Shown: positions 9,497-19,090, counted from the first letter of the stretch. The stretch: 32,296 bases of DNA from Thermomicrobiales bacterium (GCA_037724245.1 JBBJOX010000002.1:1-32296); one strand, 5' to 3'. Notes: a model not told the origin generated them from the letters alone. Numbers and translations: made by a program.

Positions 9497-10383
9497 CAGC
9501 GCACCCAACGTTCCGGCTATGGCTGGAGGCAACGCGACCACGGACCTTGCCGGTCGGTGCGGCCTCGGTACTGACCGGCGTGGCTCTCGCGATTCATCTC
9601 GATGGGTTTCACGCTCTTTCGGCGATTCTGGCGGTGATCACCGCCCTTTTGCTTCAGATCGCTGCCAACTTCGCGAACGATGCGCTCGATTTTCGACGCG
9701 GCGCAGACACGTTGGAGCGGGTTGGGCCGACCCGGTTGGCGGCATCGGGACAGGCATCGGCTGGCACCATCCTCGTTGCGACGGGCGTCGTTCTCGGTTT
9801 GGCAGTGATCTGCGGGCTCTATCTGGTCATGCGCGGGGGCTGGATCATTTTGGCGCTTGGGCTGGCGTCGCTCGTCTGCGCTGTCGCCTACACTGGCGGA
9901 CCGTTTCCGATCGCCTACAAGGGTCTCGGGGAGGTCTTCGTCTTTCTCTTCTTCGGACCAACGGCGGTCGCCGGAACGGCCTATGTCCAAACCCGGCACT
10001 GGGAGTGGCAGATGCTGGCAATCGCGATACCTGTCGGTCTGATTTCGAGCGCGACACTGGTCGTCAATAATTTACGCGATATCGAGACCGATCGTCGAGC
10101 CGGCAAGAACACACTTGCAGTGCGCTTCGGTGCGAGGAAGACGATACTGCAGTACCGTCTGCTCTGGCTTGTCGGCACGATCGCACCGCCCATCTTCTGG
10201 TTGGCAGGGTGGCTGTCGTGGACGTGGGTGGTAACACTGGTGGCAGTGCCAGGCATCGTCAAACTCTGGCGGCTCGTCGGCAGCAAACGCGGTCGTGAGT
10301 TGAACATGGTGCTTGGCGCAACGGCACGGCACCAACTTGTGTATTGTCTCGCGTTGTCCGCAGCGCTGATTCTCAGTACGTAG
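9493..10383 (+). CDS. menA: 1,4-dihydroxy-2-naphthoate polyprenyltransferase (UbiA superfamily)
   Basis: 296 aa polytopic membrane protein. NDALDFRRGAD and NNLRDIETDRRAGKNTLAV are the UbiA Asp-rich motifs. GTGA overlap with panC. Confidence 0.88.
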   Translation: MTAHPTFRLWLEATRPRTLPVGAASVLTGVALAIHLDGFHALSAILAVITALLLQIAANFANDALDFRRGADTLERVGPTRLAASGQASAGTILVATGVVLGLAVICGLYLVMRGGWIILALGLASLVCAVAYTGGPFPIAYKGLGEVFVFLFFGPTAVAGTAYVQTRHWEWQMLAIAIPVGLISSATLVVNNLRDIETDRRAGKNTLAVRFGARKTILQYRLLWLVGTIAPPIFWLAGWLSWTWVVTLVAVPGIVKLWRLVGSKRGRELNMVLGATARHQLVYCLALSAALILST

Positions 10384-10408
10384 AACACGATTCAAGGACT
10401 TCAGCGGT

Positions 10409-11164
10409 ATGAACCAGACTCCCGACAGCACACCAGAATCCGATCACCAGTCCACCCGCGGAGCGATTCAGCGTGCGACCGACGTGCGCCATATGTTCGA
10501 TCGCATCGTCCCCCGGTACGATCTGGTTAACCGGATCATGACCGGTTGGCGCGATGTGACGTGGCGGAAAATGGTCGCGAAACAGGTGGTCGCGGTCGAG
10601 GCCAAACAGCAGATCGTGCTGGATGTGGCGACCGGAACCGGTGATCTGGCGCTGGCGATTCGCAAGGCCGGGGTCAAGCACGTGATCGGGCTCGATTTCT
10701 CGTCCGCGATGATCACAGCGGCAGTTCGCAAAATCACCTCAAACGACGGCTCGGTGACCTTTCTCGTCGGCGATGGCATGCATCTGCCGTTCGAGTCTGG
10801 TGCCTTCGATGCCAGCACGATCTCGTTCGGGTTGCGCAACATGGCGAACTACGAGGCAGCGATTCGGGAAATGACCCGCGTACTCCGGCCCGGCGGTCGG
10901 TTCGTCTGTCTCGAAATGACACCATTCGGCCGGCCCTTGCTGGGGCCACTGTTCAAGGTCTATTTCGAGCGGATCGTGCCGATGGTTGGGGGATTGTTGA
11001 GCGGCAATCTCCGGGCCTATCGTTACCTGCCGCGTTCGGTTCGTGCCTTTCCCAAAGCCCACGATTTGGCGGAACTGATGCGCAAGACCGGGCTCGAGGA
11101 TGTGCACTACCAGTTGCTCGGGTTTGGCACCGTGGCGATTCACAGCGGATCGAAACCGGCTTAG
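10409..11164 (+). CDS. ubiE: demethylmenaquinone/ubiquinone C-methyltransferase (UbiE/MenG)
   Basis: 251 aa. FDRIVPRYDLVNRIMTGW, SAM motif VLDVATGTGDLA, FGLRN. Confidence 0.9.
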   Translation: MNQTPDSTPESDHQSTRGAIQRATDVRHMFDRIVPRYDLVNRIMTGWRDVTWRKMVAKQVVAVEAKQQIVLDVATGTGDLALAIRKAGVKHVIGLDFSSAMITAAVRKITSNDGSVTFLVGDGMHLPFESGAFDASTISFGLRNMANYEAAIREMTRVLRPGGRFVCLEMTPFGRPLLGPLFKVYFERIVPMVGGLLSGNLRAYRYLPRSVRAFPKAHDLAELMRKTGLEDVHYQLLGFGTVAIHSGSKPA

Positions 11165-11541
11165 TTCGTCAACACCGAGAGGATGTTGCCAGACGGATCG
11201 GTGAACCAGGCGACATCGGGCCCCATGTTCTGCGCCACGCCACGGAAGATGTTCTTGCCGTCGGTGCCCATTTCCGGATAGGCGATTGTCGAAATACCCT
11301 TGGCAACTAGTGGATCAACTGCTTCGTCGATGTTTTTGACGGTGAAGTTGAGGACGGGGAAGGTTGCCGGTTCGTGATTGTCCTTCACGTAGAGCAGTAC
11401 ATTGGTTCCACCGTGGAGGTGCAGGACGAGGCCTGGTCCTTCGGCTTCGACATCGAGTCCCAGCTGGTCGCCATAGAAATGCTGTGCAGCCCCGAGATCG
11501 CTGATCGAGATTCCGCTGTATGCCCTGATGTCTTTAAACAT
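11161..11541 (-). CDS. VOC/glyoxalase family protein
   Basis: 126 aa. The glyoxalase-like fold signature is inferred from pattern only (ISISDLGAAQHFYGDQLGL, FTVKNIDEAV). Its stop overlaps the ubiE stop in a convergent arrangement. Confidence 0.75.
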   Translation of the reverse strand: MFKDIRAYSGISISDLGAAQHFYGDQLGLDVEAEGPGLVLHLHGGTNVLLYVKDNHEPATFPVLNFTVKNIDEAVDPLVAKGISTIAYPEMGTDGKNIFRGVAQNMGPDVAWFTDPSGNILSVLTN

Positions 11542-11765
11542 GGGTCCCTCTCAACTCAGGAATTCACGAGCGAACGACTTCTTTCATCTGCTTCCATTCT
11601 GAGCGAGAGTGTGGCCAGCGGCTTCTCACAGGTTGTGGTATTTCCCGCTTTGAACCGGGTGACGGACATGTCGGCACACTGGACTACGGTCGAGTGCGCC
11701 CTAAAATTGGCTGGCAGATGCGTTGAAAGTAAGAACTCCCGAACAAAACATAGGCTTCAGGCACT

Positions 11766-11781
11766 TGTGAAAATGATCACA
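11766..11781. promoter_or_regulatory. CRP/FNR-family consensus-like site TGTGA-N6-TCACA
   Basis: TGTGAAAATGATCACA matches both consensus half-sites perfectly. The flanks extend it to TTGTGA...TCACAA. It lies in the 517-nt VOC/sucA intergenic region. Confidence 0.4.
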
Positions 11782-12058
11782 AAACAAAAGCGGCGGATTG
11801 GCTTGCAATCGGTGAACCTAATCGCCGTCAAAGGTTCGATTGTCATGCCTCATTGACACGGTTCGTGATACTCTTTTATGCGCGGTAATCGAACCGTGCC
11901 ACGGTCGGAACCAGCCGACTGCGCGGTTCGGAACACGGTCTCCCCGGCTTCTGATTCCTCATCGCCAGCCAGGTGTTGCGGGTCGTGTTTTTTGCACAGA
12001 TGATGTGAAGTGTCACAGAGTGGTGACTGCGCATATCAAGGAGCAAAACGGTAACATC

Positions 12059-14938
12059 ATGGGCGACCTAAGCGCGTTTTTTGGGCCAAATGCGGGCTAC
12101 GTGCTGGAGCTCTACGATCGGTTCGTCGCTGACCCTTCGACGGTTGATGACGACGCTCGCCGGTTCTTTGCCACGTTTTCCCCGGACAGTCTGAACGGAC
12201 TCAGCAGTGGTGCCACAGGTACCGCGATTCCGGAACTCGACGTTGCCAAAATAGCCGCCGCAGTTGGGCTTGCAACCGGCATTCGGGAGTACGGCCACCT
12301 GGCTGTGGATCTCGACCCGCTTGGCACCCCACCGACCGGAGCACCGGAACTCGATCCTCGGACCTATGGATTAACAGACGACGATTTACGATCGCTGCCG
12401 GCCGCCGCTGTCGGTGGCAGCGCCGCCGAAGGTGCCGCCAACGCCTTCGAGGCGATTGCCAAACTGCGCGATCGCTACACCCGAACTGCCGGATTCGATT
12501 TCGATCATATCCAGGTCGCCACCGAGCGAGCCTGGCTGACCCAGGCGGTTGAAACTGGTCAGTTCGAAAAGGCCCTCGACGACACCGCCAGCAAGCGGTT
12601 GCTCGATCGATTGAGTCAGGTCGAAGGCTTCGAGAAGTTCCTGCATCAAACCTATCTCGGTCAGAAGCGATTCTCGATCGAAGGCAACGATGTTCTCGTT
12701 CCGGTGATCGATCAGATCATCGATGACGCCTCGGCCCAGGGTTCGACCGAAGTGCTGATGGGCATGGCCCATCGCGGTCGACTCAATGTCCTGACACACA
12801 TTCTGAACAAGCCGTATGGCGCGATCATCGCCGCCTTCGAAGGCGGCAAGCGCAAGAAATCCTCGGCGACCGATGCGGGTCAGGAATTGCGGACTGGTGA
12901 TGTGAAATATCACCTCGGAGCCCGCCTGGCACGCAATCCGGATACCGGCGAACGCGTCAAGCTGCCAGTGGTTCTGGCACCAAACCCGAGCCACCTCGAA
13001 GCGGTCAATCCGGTCGTGCTCGGGATGGCCCGGGCCGGACAGGACGATCGCACCCACGGTGGACCTCCGGTTCAGGACAACAAGCGAACGCTGGCGATTT
13101 TGCTGCACGGCGATGCGGCCTTCCCCGGACAGGGTGTGGTTGCAGAAAGCCTCAACCTGGCCAATCTCCGTGGCTACAACGTCGGTGGCGCAATTCATAT
13201 CATTGTTAATAACCAGATTGGCTATACCACCGACTGGCAGGATTCGCGTTCGACCCATTACGCCAGCGATCTTGCCAAGGGATTTGAAATCCCGGTGGTG
13301 CATGTCAATGCCGACGATCCTGAATCCTGTCTCACTGCAGCGCGCATGGCCATGGCCTATCGCAAGGAGTTCGGCAAGGATTTCCTGATCGATCTGGTTG
13401 GCTATCGTCGTTGGGGGCATAACGAAGGTGACGAACCAGCCTTCACCCAGCCGCTCATGTACCAGAAGATCACGAAACACCCAACGGTCCGCGCCCTCTG
13501 GGGCGACACGTTGATCGCCAAGGGCATCGCCACCAGGGACGATGTGCAGGCGGCCGAGAAGCGAATCCTCGATCGATTGTCGAAGATCCGCCGCGGTGTT
13601 GCGGAGGGTACGGAAACCTTCGACGATGACGAAGTCACGCTGGTCTCGCCGCGTGAGGAAGTCACCACGGCAGTCACCCCGGAAGTCCTCCAGGTGCTGC
13701 AGAAGGCGATTCACGCAACACCGTCTGATTTCACCCCGAACGCAAAACTCAAGCGTCAGTGGCAGAAGCGATCCGCTGTGCTCGACGATCCCGAAGGGTT
13801 GTTCGACTGGGCTCACGCCGAGGCGCTCGCCTTTGCCGCGATTGTGGCCGATGGCACTCCCATCCGCCTGACCGGGCAGGATGCCGAACGCGGTACGTTC
13901 AGCCAGCGTCACATCGTGTTGCACGATGCGAAGACCGGGAATCAGGTCACACCGATTCAAACGATGAGCGAAGCAAAAGCAACCTTCGGCGTCTACAACA
14001 GTCCGCTCTCCGAAAACGCGGCGATGGGATTCGAGTACGGCTACAGCGTTCACGCGCCGGAAGTGCTCGTGCTCTGGGAAGGTCAGTTCGGCGATTTCGT
14101 CAACGGCGCCCAGATCATCGTCGATCAGTTCATCTCGGCAGCGCGCGCCAAGTGGAATCAGGAACCGTCGCTGGTGCTGTTGCTGCCGCACGGATTCGAG
14201 GGTCAGGGACCGGAGCATTCCAGTGCCCGTCTCGAGCGATTCCTCCAGCTGGCGGCGCAGGACAACATGAGGGTCGCCAACTGCACCTCGGCCGCTCAGT
14301 ACTTCCACTTGTTGCGGCGTCAGGCAGCCCGGCTCGAATCCGATCCGCGTCCATTGATCCTGATGACACCGAAGAGTCTGCTGCGCCATCCAATGGCCTC
14401 GTCCAAAGCCAGCGATTTCACGAGTGGCACCTTCATGCCGGTGATCGACGATGCGAAGGCGGCCGATCGGCGGGACAAGGTCACCCGGCTCGTGCTTTGC
14501 AGTGGTCGTGTCGCGATCGATCTCGAAACCAGTGACCAACGCGACACGTCGGAGCAGATTGCGATTGCCCGCGTCGAGCAACTGGCTCCGTTCCAGACCA
14601 CTGCCCTGCGCACCGTTGTGCAGCAGTATTCGAAGCTGGAAGAGATCGTCTGGCTACAGGAAGAGCCGCGGAACATGGGCGCCTGGAGCTTTATGGGGAG
14701 TCGCCTGGCTGAGACGTTTACCGGGATTCCGGTGCGTTACGTCGGACGTCCCGAGCGCTCCAGCCCGGCCACCGGATCGGCCGATTTCCATACACTCGAA
14801 CAGAATCAGCTGGTCGCCAACGCCTTTGCAATGGACGTAACGACCGCTCATGCCAACGGCAATGGATCCGCAAACGGGTCTGCCAACGGCACAGTTCGCA
14901 CCAAGAAGCCAGCCAAGCGGGCCGTCACCACATCGTAA
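12059..14938 (+). CDS. sucA: 2-oxoglutarate dehydrogenase E1 component
   Basis: The internal ATG at 12059 gives MGDLSAFFGPNAGYVLELYDRF, the typical SucA N-terminus. The body includes ThDP-binding regions (e.g. HGDAAFPGQGVV). The 73 upstream in-frame codons are not protein-like. RBS AAGGAG. Confidence 0.95.
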   Translation: MGDLSAFFGPNAGYVLELYDRFVADPSTVDDDARRFFATFSPDSLNGLSSGATGTAIPELDVAKIAAAVGLATGIREYGHLAVDLDPLGTPPTGAPELDPRTYGLTDDDLRSLPAAAVGGSAAEGAANAFEAIAKLRDRYTRTAGFDFDHIQVATERAWLTQAVETGQFEKALDDTASKRLLDRLSQVEGFEKFLHQTYLGQKRFSIEGNDVLVPVIDQIIDDASAQGSTEVLMGMAHRGRLNVLTHILNKPYGAIIAAFEGGKRKKSSATDAGQELRTGDVKYHLGARLARNPDTGERVKLPVVLAPNPSHLEAVNPVVLGMARAGQDDRTHGGPPVQDNKRTLAILLHGDAAFPGQGVVAESLNLANLRGYNVGGAIHIIVNNQIGYTTDWQDSRSTHYASDLAKGFEIPVVHVNADDPESCLTAARMAMAYRKEFGKDFLIDLVGYRRWGHNEGDEPAFTQPLMYQKITKHPTVRALWGDTLIAKGIATRDDVQAAEKRILDRLSKIRRGVAEGTETFDDDEVTLVSPREEVTTAVTPEVLQVLQKAIHATPSDFTPNAKLKRQWQKRSAVLDDPEGLFDWAHAEALAFAAIVADGTPIRLTGQDAERGTFSQRHIVLHDAKTGNQVTPIQTMSEAKATFGVYNSPLSENAAMGFEYGYSVHAPEVLVLWEGQFGDFVNGAQIIVDQFISAARAKWNQEPSLVLLLPHGFEGQGPEHSSARLERFLQLAAQDNMRVANCTSAAQYFHLLRRQAARLESDPRPLILMTPKSLLRHPMASSKASDFTSGTFMPVIDDAKAADRRDKVTRLVLCSGRVAIDLETSDQRDTSEQIAIARVEQLAPFQTTALRTVVQQYSKLEEIVWLQEEPRNMGAWSFMGSRLAETFTGIPVRYVGRPERSSPATGSADFHTLEQNQLVANAFAMDVTTAHANGNGSANGSANGTVRTKKPAKRAVTTS

Positions 14939-14998
14939 TCGACCAATCAGTGGGCCAGACCCCGGTTTGGGCTGGCCGTCAGGAGAGCAAGAACAAGC

Positions 14999-16336
14999 AT
15001 GGCAATTGAGATCAAGGTTCCGCCCCTGGGAGAATCGTTGGTCGACGCCGTCGTGGGCCAATGGCTCAAAAGCGAAGGCGACGCGATATCCCGTGGTGAA
15101 ACCATCCTCGAACTCGAGACGGACAAGGTAAATCTGGACGTCACGGCCGAGGACGATGGTGTGCTCTCCGCTATCTCCAAACAGGAAGGCGAAATCGTCA
15201 CGGTTGGTGAAGTGCTCGGTACGCTCGATGCCGGTACCACTGGCGCAGCCGCGGAACCGGTCAAGGTAGAGCCAGGAGCGCCCGAAGTCGATGAACCAGC
15301 ACCGGTCGCCGACGATCCAGCACCCGCTGTTCAACCAGCTCCAGCTCCTGCTGCCGATCCGGCCCCGGCAACCGCAGCTCCGGCCGCTGACGCAGGTGGC
15401 GATAGCCGCGCCGCGCCGATCGTGAAGCGCATGGCCGAGGAACACGGGATCGATCTGGCAACTGTTGCTGGCACGGGCCCTGGCGGTCGAATTACCCGGG
15501 ACGATATCGTTTCCCAGGTAGCGCGTCAGGGTACGGCATCCGCTCCTGCGGCGAACGTCGCGTCAGCAACTCCCGATCCGGCGCCATTGCAGAAATCGCA
15601 GCCAGGCACGCCTGCACCGGCACCTTCCGGTAATGCCGATCGTGAGGAACGGGTTCGGCTCTCGCGTCGTCGGCAAACGATTGCCACTCGCCTCGTCGAA
15701 GCGCAGCAAACCGCGGCGATGCTGACAACGTTCAACGAAATCGACATGAACGCCGTGATGGAGCTCCGCACGCGGCGCAAGGATGCGTTCAAGGAGCGGA
15801 ACGGGGTCAATCTTGGCTTCATGTCGTTCTTCACGAAAGCCACCATCGGTGCATTGAAAGCATTCCCCCAAGTGAATGCAGAGATTCAGGGCACGGAGCT
15901 GGTTCTCAAAAAGTACTACGACATCGGGATCGCCGTTGGCGTCGAGGACGGATTGGTCGTCCCGGTGATCCGCGACGCAGATCGCATGAGCTTTGCCGGA
16001 ATCGAGAAGGATATCGTCCGTCTGGCTGGCAAGGCCCGGGACAACTCCCTGGCGATCAGCGATCTGACAGGCGGAACCTTCACGATCACCAACGGCGGGA
16101 TCTTCGGGTCGCTGATGTCGACACCGATCCTGAACGCGCCGCAGGTCGGCATTCTGGGAATGCACACGATCCAGCAGCGTCCGGTCGCACGCGACGGCGA
16201 AGTCGTGATCCGCCCGATGATGTATGTCGCCCTGTCTTACGATCACCGCATCGTCGACGGTCGGGAAGCGGTCCAGTTTCTCGTCCGGATCAAGGAACTG
16301 ATCGAAGACCCGGAGTCCCTCCTGATCGAGGGATAA
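14999..16336 (+). CDS. sucB: dihydrolipoyllysine-residue succinyltransferase (E2o)
   Basis: 445 aa. One lipoyl domain ([11 protein letters not shown]), a Pro/Ala linker, a PSBD ([30 protein letters not shown]) and a catalytic domain ([13 protein letters not shown]). Confidence 0.95.
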   Translation: MAIEIKVPPLGESLVDAVVGQWLKSEGDAISRGETILELETDKVNLDVTAEDDGVLSAISKQEGEIVTVGEVLGTLDAGTTGAAAEPVKVEPGAPEVDEPAPVADDPAPAVQPAPAPAADPAPATAAPAADAGGDSRAAPIVKRMAEEHGIDLATVAGTGPGGRITRDDIVSQVARQGTASAPAANVASATPDPAPLQKSQPGTPAPAPSGNADREERVRLSRRRQTIATRLVEAQQTAAMLTTFNEIDMNAVMELRTRRKDAFKERNGVNLGFMSFFTKATIGALKAFPQVNAEIQGTELVLKKYYDIGIAVGVEDGLVVPVIRDADRMSFAGIEKDIVRLAGKARDNSLAISDLTGGTFTITNGGIFGSLMSTPILNAPQVGILGMHTIQQRPVARDGEVVIRPMMYVALSYDHRIVDGREAVQFLVRIKELIEDPESLLIEG

Positions 16337-16359
16337 TCGTTACATCGACACGAGCGTCA

Positions 16360-16386
16360 AACGGGCATCCACATTGGATGCCCGTT
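16360..16386. terminator. bidirectional hairpin terminator between convergent sucB and the Eis-like gene
   Basis: AACGGGCATCC-ACATT-GGATGCCCGTT, a perfect 11-bp stem. The flanking T/A runs are weak. Confidence 0.6.
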
Positions 16387-16420
16387 CTGGATTCCATCGG
16401 TTGTCGTCGATATCGATTGG

Positions 16421-17614
16421 CTAGAACTCCTCGTGCAAGCGGACGACGGCGCGGGGGAACATCTGGCGGAGTGACGACTGTGCATCGTGATCGGGATCGC
16501 CCCAGCCGCGAAGCCGGAAATCAGCCGGATCCTGCCCGGCGAAGACGAGCGCCGACAATCCCTGAATCGTCAAAGCTGCATTCGCCTCGCCACCACGGCC
16601 TACCTCGAGCATCCCATCGCTGCCGGCGGCCAGAGTCCAGGTTCCGGTATTCCAGGCACATTGCGAATCGACCAGTTCGATCGCAATCGAACCGGGACCA
16701 ACCTTCAACCCGGAAAGCGCTGCAACATCGACCACCCGACCCATCGGCGTCGTAAAGAACTCGTCGTGATTGACGACTTTCGAATACAGATCAGCCGCCC
16801 AGTATTCCGGAAGATCATCCCAGGCAAGACTGATCTTGATCTCGTTTACCTGATCGACGTGACGTCCAAACCACTGGAGCAACAGCAACCGGGCTTCGGG
16901 GCTGTCGTAGTAAAAGGAATTGGCATCGAGCGTGCCGGTGTACCCGGTGATCTTGAAGGTGGCCGCGCCGACCACCGTTCCCGACTGATCGCGTGCGAAC
17001 ACGATCCACTTGGTGTTCCGTTTCTTGTCGGAGAGGGCATTCGCCAAGTCGTTGACTGCGAAGCCGTGGGTTCGGCCCTGATATCGCTTCAGATACTCTC
17101 GCCACTCATCGAACCCATCGTGCATGAACACTTGCTCGGCACTGCCGCTGACCTCGATTTTCGCCAGCGGGGTCAACGTCGCCGATGCGAAACGAACGAA
17201 TTTCGACTGTGACATTGGCGCGTAGCCGAGCCGTTCGTAGAACGATTCGCGGAACGGGTAGAGCGTGGTGACAGGCTCCCCGTACTCGTGCATCGATTCG
17301 TAGAGTGTCGAGAACAGCGAGCGGATCAATCCCTGACGCCGCGCTGCGGGAAGGGTTGCGACACCGCCAACGCCACTCATCTTCATGACCTTGCCGCGCA
17401 CATTCTGCGTCATCGGAAAGAGTCCCGCCGCCGCCTGGGGTGCGCCATCGACAAAGGCGACGAAGGCGCGCACGTTCTTCAGAAAGGGGAGATTCTCTTC
17501 GTCCTTTGATGCGTCACGAACGCTCGGGGATGATCCGAACGCATAATCTGCGACGAGGCGCACCTTGTCGCCATAATCGCTGGCGGCAACTTGTTTGATG
17601 TCGATCGAACTCAT
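16421..17614 (-). CDS. GNAT N-acetyltransferase, Eis-like (GNAT plus SCP2-type C-terminal domain)
   Basis: 397 aa. The acetyl-CoA motif region is GVATLPAARRQGLIRSLF. Length and C-terminal region fit the Eis/three-domain family, judged from pattern memory only. Confidence 0.75.
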   Translation of the reverse strand: MSSIDIKQVAASDYGDKVRLVADYAFGSSPSVRDASKDEENLPFLKNVRAFVAFVDGAPQAAAGLFPMTQNVRGKVMKMSGVGGVATLPAARRQGLIRSLFSTLYESMHEYGEPVTTLYPFRESFYERLGYAPMSQSKFVRFASATLTPLAKIEVSGSAEQVFMHDGFDEWREYLKRYQGRTHGFAVNDLANALSDKKRNTKWIVFARDQSGTVVGAATFKITGYTGTLDANSFYYDSPEARLLLLQWFGRHVDQVNEIKISLAWDDLPEYWAADLYSKVVNHDEFFTTPMGRVVDVAALSGLKVGPGSIAIELVDSQCAWNTGTWTLAAGSDGMLEVGRGGEANAALTIQGLSALVFAGQDPADFRLRGWGDPDHDAQSSLRQMFPRAVVRLHEEF

Positions 17615-17671
17615 GCTGTGGTTCCTGTCTTGTCATATCGCGTGCAGAGAAGTCAACCTGGTGGCTCACAC

Positions 17672-17701
17672 AAAAAATAGAGGCAATCGTGAGACTGCCT
17701 C
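17672..17701 (-). terminator. rho-independent terminator downstream of the Yip1 gene
   Basis: Minus strand reads GAGGCA-GTCTCACGAT-TGCCTC followed by TATTTTTTG. Confidence 0.65.
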
Positions 17702-17732
17702 CACCCTCTGTTCGTGAGATCAACGGATGCAT

Positions 17733-18269
17733 TTACAGGTAGCCTACCCCAAATACAAGGGATATGATCCCCATGATCAGTCCAGCTGCGATCGCCGCGA
17801 CGATACCGGTGATGATCGCTCGCCCGGTCGTGATATTGAGGGATTGCCGGATGGCGATAATCGACGTCACAATCGCCCAAATGCCGCCGATCAATCCGAC
17901 GAGTGCCCCGAGAAATGGAATGAAGCCGACAAACGCGACAATTCCCGGAACCTGCGCGTAGCCGATCGTGCGGAGTACCGCTTCGAACGTGGTGTTGGTT
18001 GTCGGCGTTCCAAAGAGACTCGTGCCAAAGAAATAGGCGAGTCCGGAAAAGACCAGCCAGATGACGAACGCCCCGATCAGCCCGACGACAAACCCGGCCA
18101 CTCCTTCGCCAAGTCCACCGATACCACCAGCCACCGCGACGACGCCCACGACGATCGCGGCCTGCTTTGTCGCCACTGGGTCGTGTTCGATCGTCTCATA
18201 GGTGGGAACATCGAGCTTGATGACCCCGATACTTCTATCCACGATTACGTTGCCGGTTTGCTGCATCAT
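17733..18269 (-). CDS. Yip1-family integral membrane protein
   Basis: 178 aa. N-terminal VIKLDVPTYETIEHD is followed by multiple Gly/Ala/Ile-rich TM segments. RBS GAGGGAG. Confidence 0.75.
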   Translation of the reverse strand: MMQQTGNVIVDRSIGVIKLDVPTYETIEHDPVATKQAAIVVGVVAVAGGIGGLGEGVAGFVVGLIGAFVIWLVFSGLAYFFGTSLFGTPTTNTTFEAVLRTIGYAQVPGIVAFVGFIPFLGALVGLIGGIWAIVTSIIAIRQSLNITTGRAIITGIVAAIAAGLIMGIISLVFGVGYL

Positions 18270-18382
18270 CGTCCCGAAGCTCCCTCATTCGTCGACGCGG
18301 TCCCGAGGCCCACTGCCAGGATCGCGTTCGCCTTCGCTTGATCGAGCCTCAAGTGTACGGGCTCATTCCGAATGTGTTCGAA

Positions 18383-19090
18383 TCAGGCCACGATCACCAG
18401 CAGCGCTGTTCCGATTGCAGTGGCACTCGTCGCCAGAATCGCCGTAGCCAGTGCCTGATCGAGACGTAAACCGATGGTGTGACGAATGGCGAAGACCATG
18501 GTCAGCACCGCCCAGATCGGCACAATCACCGCCAGCATCAACCCGATCAGGGGAATGAATCCGAACAGTGCGAAGATACCCGGCGCATGCGCAAATCCGA
18601 CAGTTCGCAGCAGTGAAGCAAGCGGAGGCCCTGCCTGCAGCGGCGAGAGGCGTTTCGCCTGGTACCAGGCCACACCGGAAAACGAGAGCCAGCTGAGAAA
18701 CGGGACGGTCATCGCAACCGACGACCAGCCAAAGCCATCGCCCTGCGTTCCGAGAATGATCAGGCAGAGCAGGGCGAAGCCGGCAGCAACGATCCCGATT
18801 TCCTGACGCCGATCGAACTGCGATCGGATTGCCTGCAGACGCGACTGGTTGATCGAGCGGCGAGTAGCACTCTCGATCAGGGACAGGGCGCGTCCGGATA
18901 CCACGACCCAGGCAACCAGCGTCACCAGCAGAGCAACCGTCAGCCAGCCGAACTGGCTGACGCCACCGATGGCCGCAGCGACGGCGACGATTCCGACGAC
19001 GGCTGCTGCCTGTACGGTGCTTTTCCGATCCTGTTCGATCCGGCGATAGGTCGGCAGATCCAGTGTCATCACACCGACGAGACGACTCAT
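18383..19090 (-). CDS. Yip1-family integral membrane protein (paralog with insertion)
   Basis: The internal ATG at 19090 gives MSRLVGVMTLDLPTYRRIEQD, parallel to the neighbour's N-terminus. The C-terminal LLRTVGFAHAPGIFALFGFIPLIG aligns with VLRTIGYAQVPGIVAFVGFIPFLG. The upstream 67 codons of the track ORF are Arg/Pro-rich and were rejected. Confidence 0.7.
   Translation of the reverse strand: MSRLVGVMTLDLPTYRRIEQDRKSTVQAAAVVGIVAVAAAIGGVSQFGWLTVALLVTLVAWVVVSGRALSLIESATRRSINQSRLQAIRSQFDRRQEIGIVAAGFALLCLIILGTQGDGFGWSSVAMTVPFLSWLSFSGVAWYQAKRLSPLQAGPPLASLLRTVGFAHAPGIFALFGFIPLIGLMLAVIVPIWAVLTMVFAIRHTIGLRLDQALATAILATSATAIGTALLVIVA

Noticed and set aside
12005-12018. TGTGA-AGTG-TCACA just upstream of the sucA RBS, as a second CRP site
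   Set aside because: The half-site spacing is N4, not N6, so it does not fit CRP-family geometry. It is kept only as a note within the sucA-leader finding.
11840-12058. 73-codon in-frame extension upstream of sucA
   Set aside because: Composition is not protein-like, there is no RBS, and the region contains promoter-like elements. The canonical SucA N-terminus starts at 12059.
12386-14581. 731-aa ORF antisense to sucA. Similar long antisense ORFs: 1133-2065, 2940-4187, 8585-9541, 14654-15445, 16487-17212, 19278-20417, 21405-22553, 22756-23943, 31098-31898.
   Set aside because: All lie opposite genes with unmistakable conserved motifs. Their translations are Arg/Gly/Pro/His-rich with no recognisable domains. 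Stop-codon-poor antisense frames are expected in high-GC DNA.
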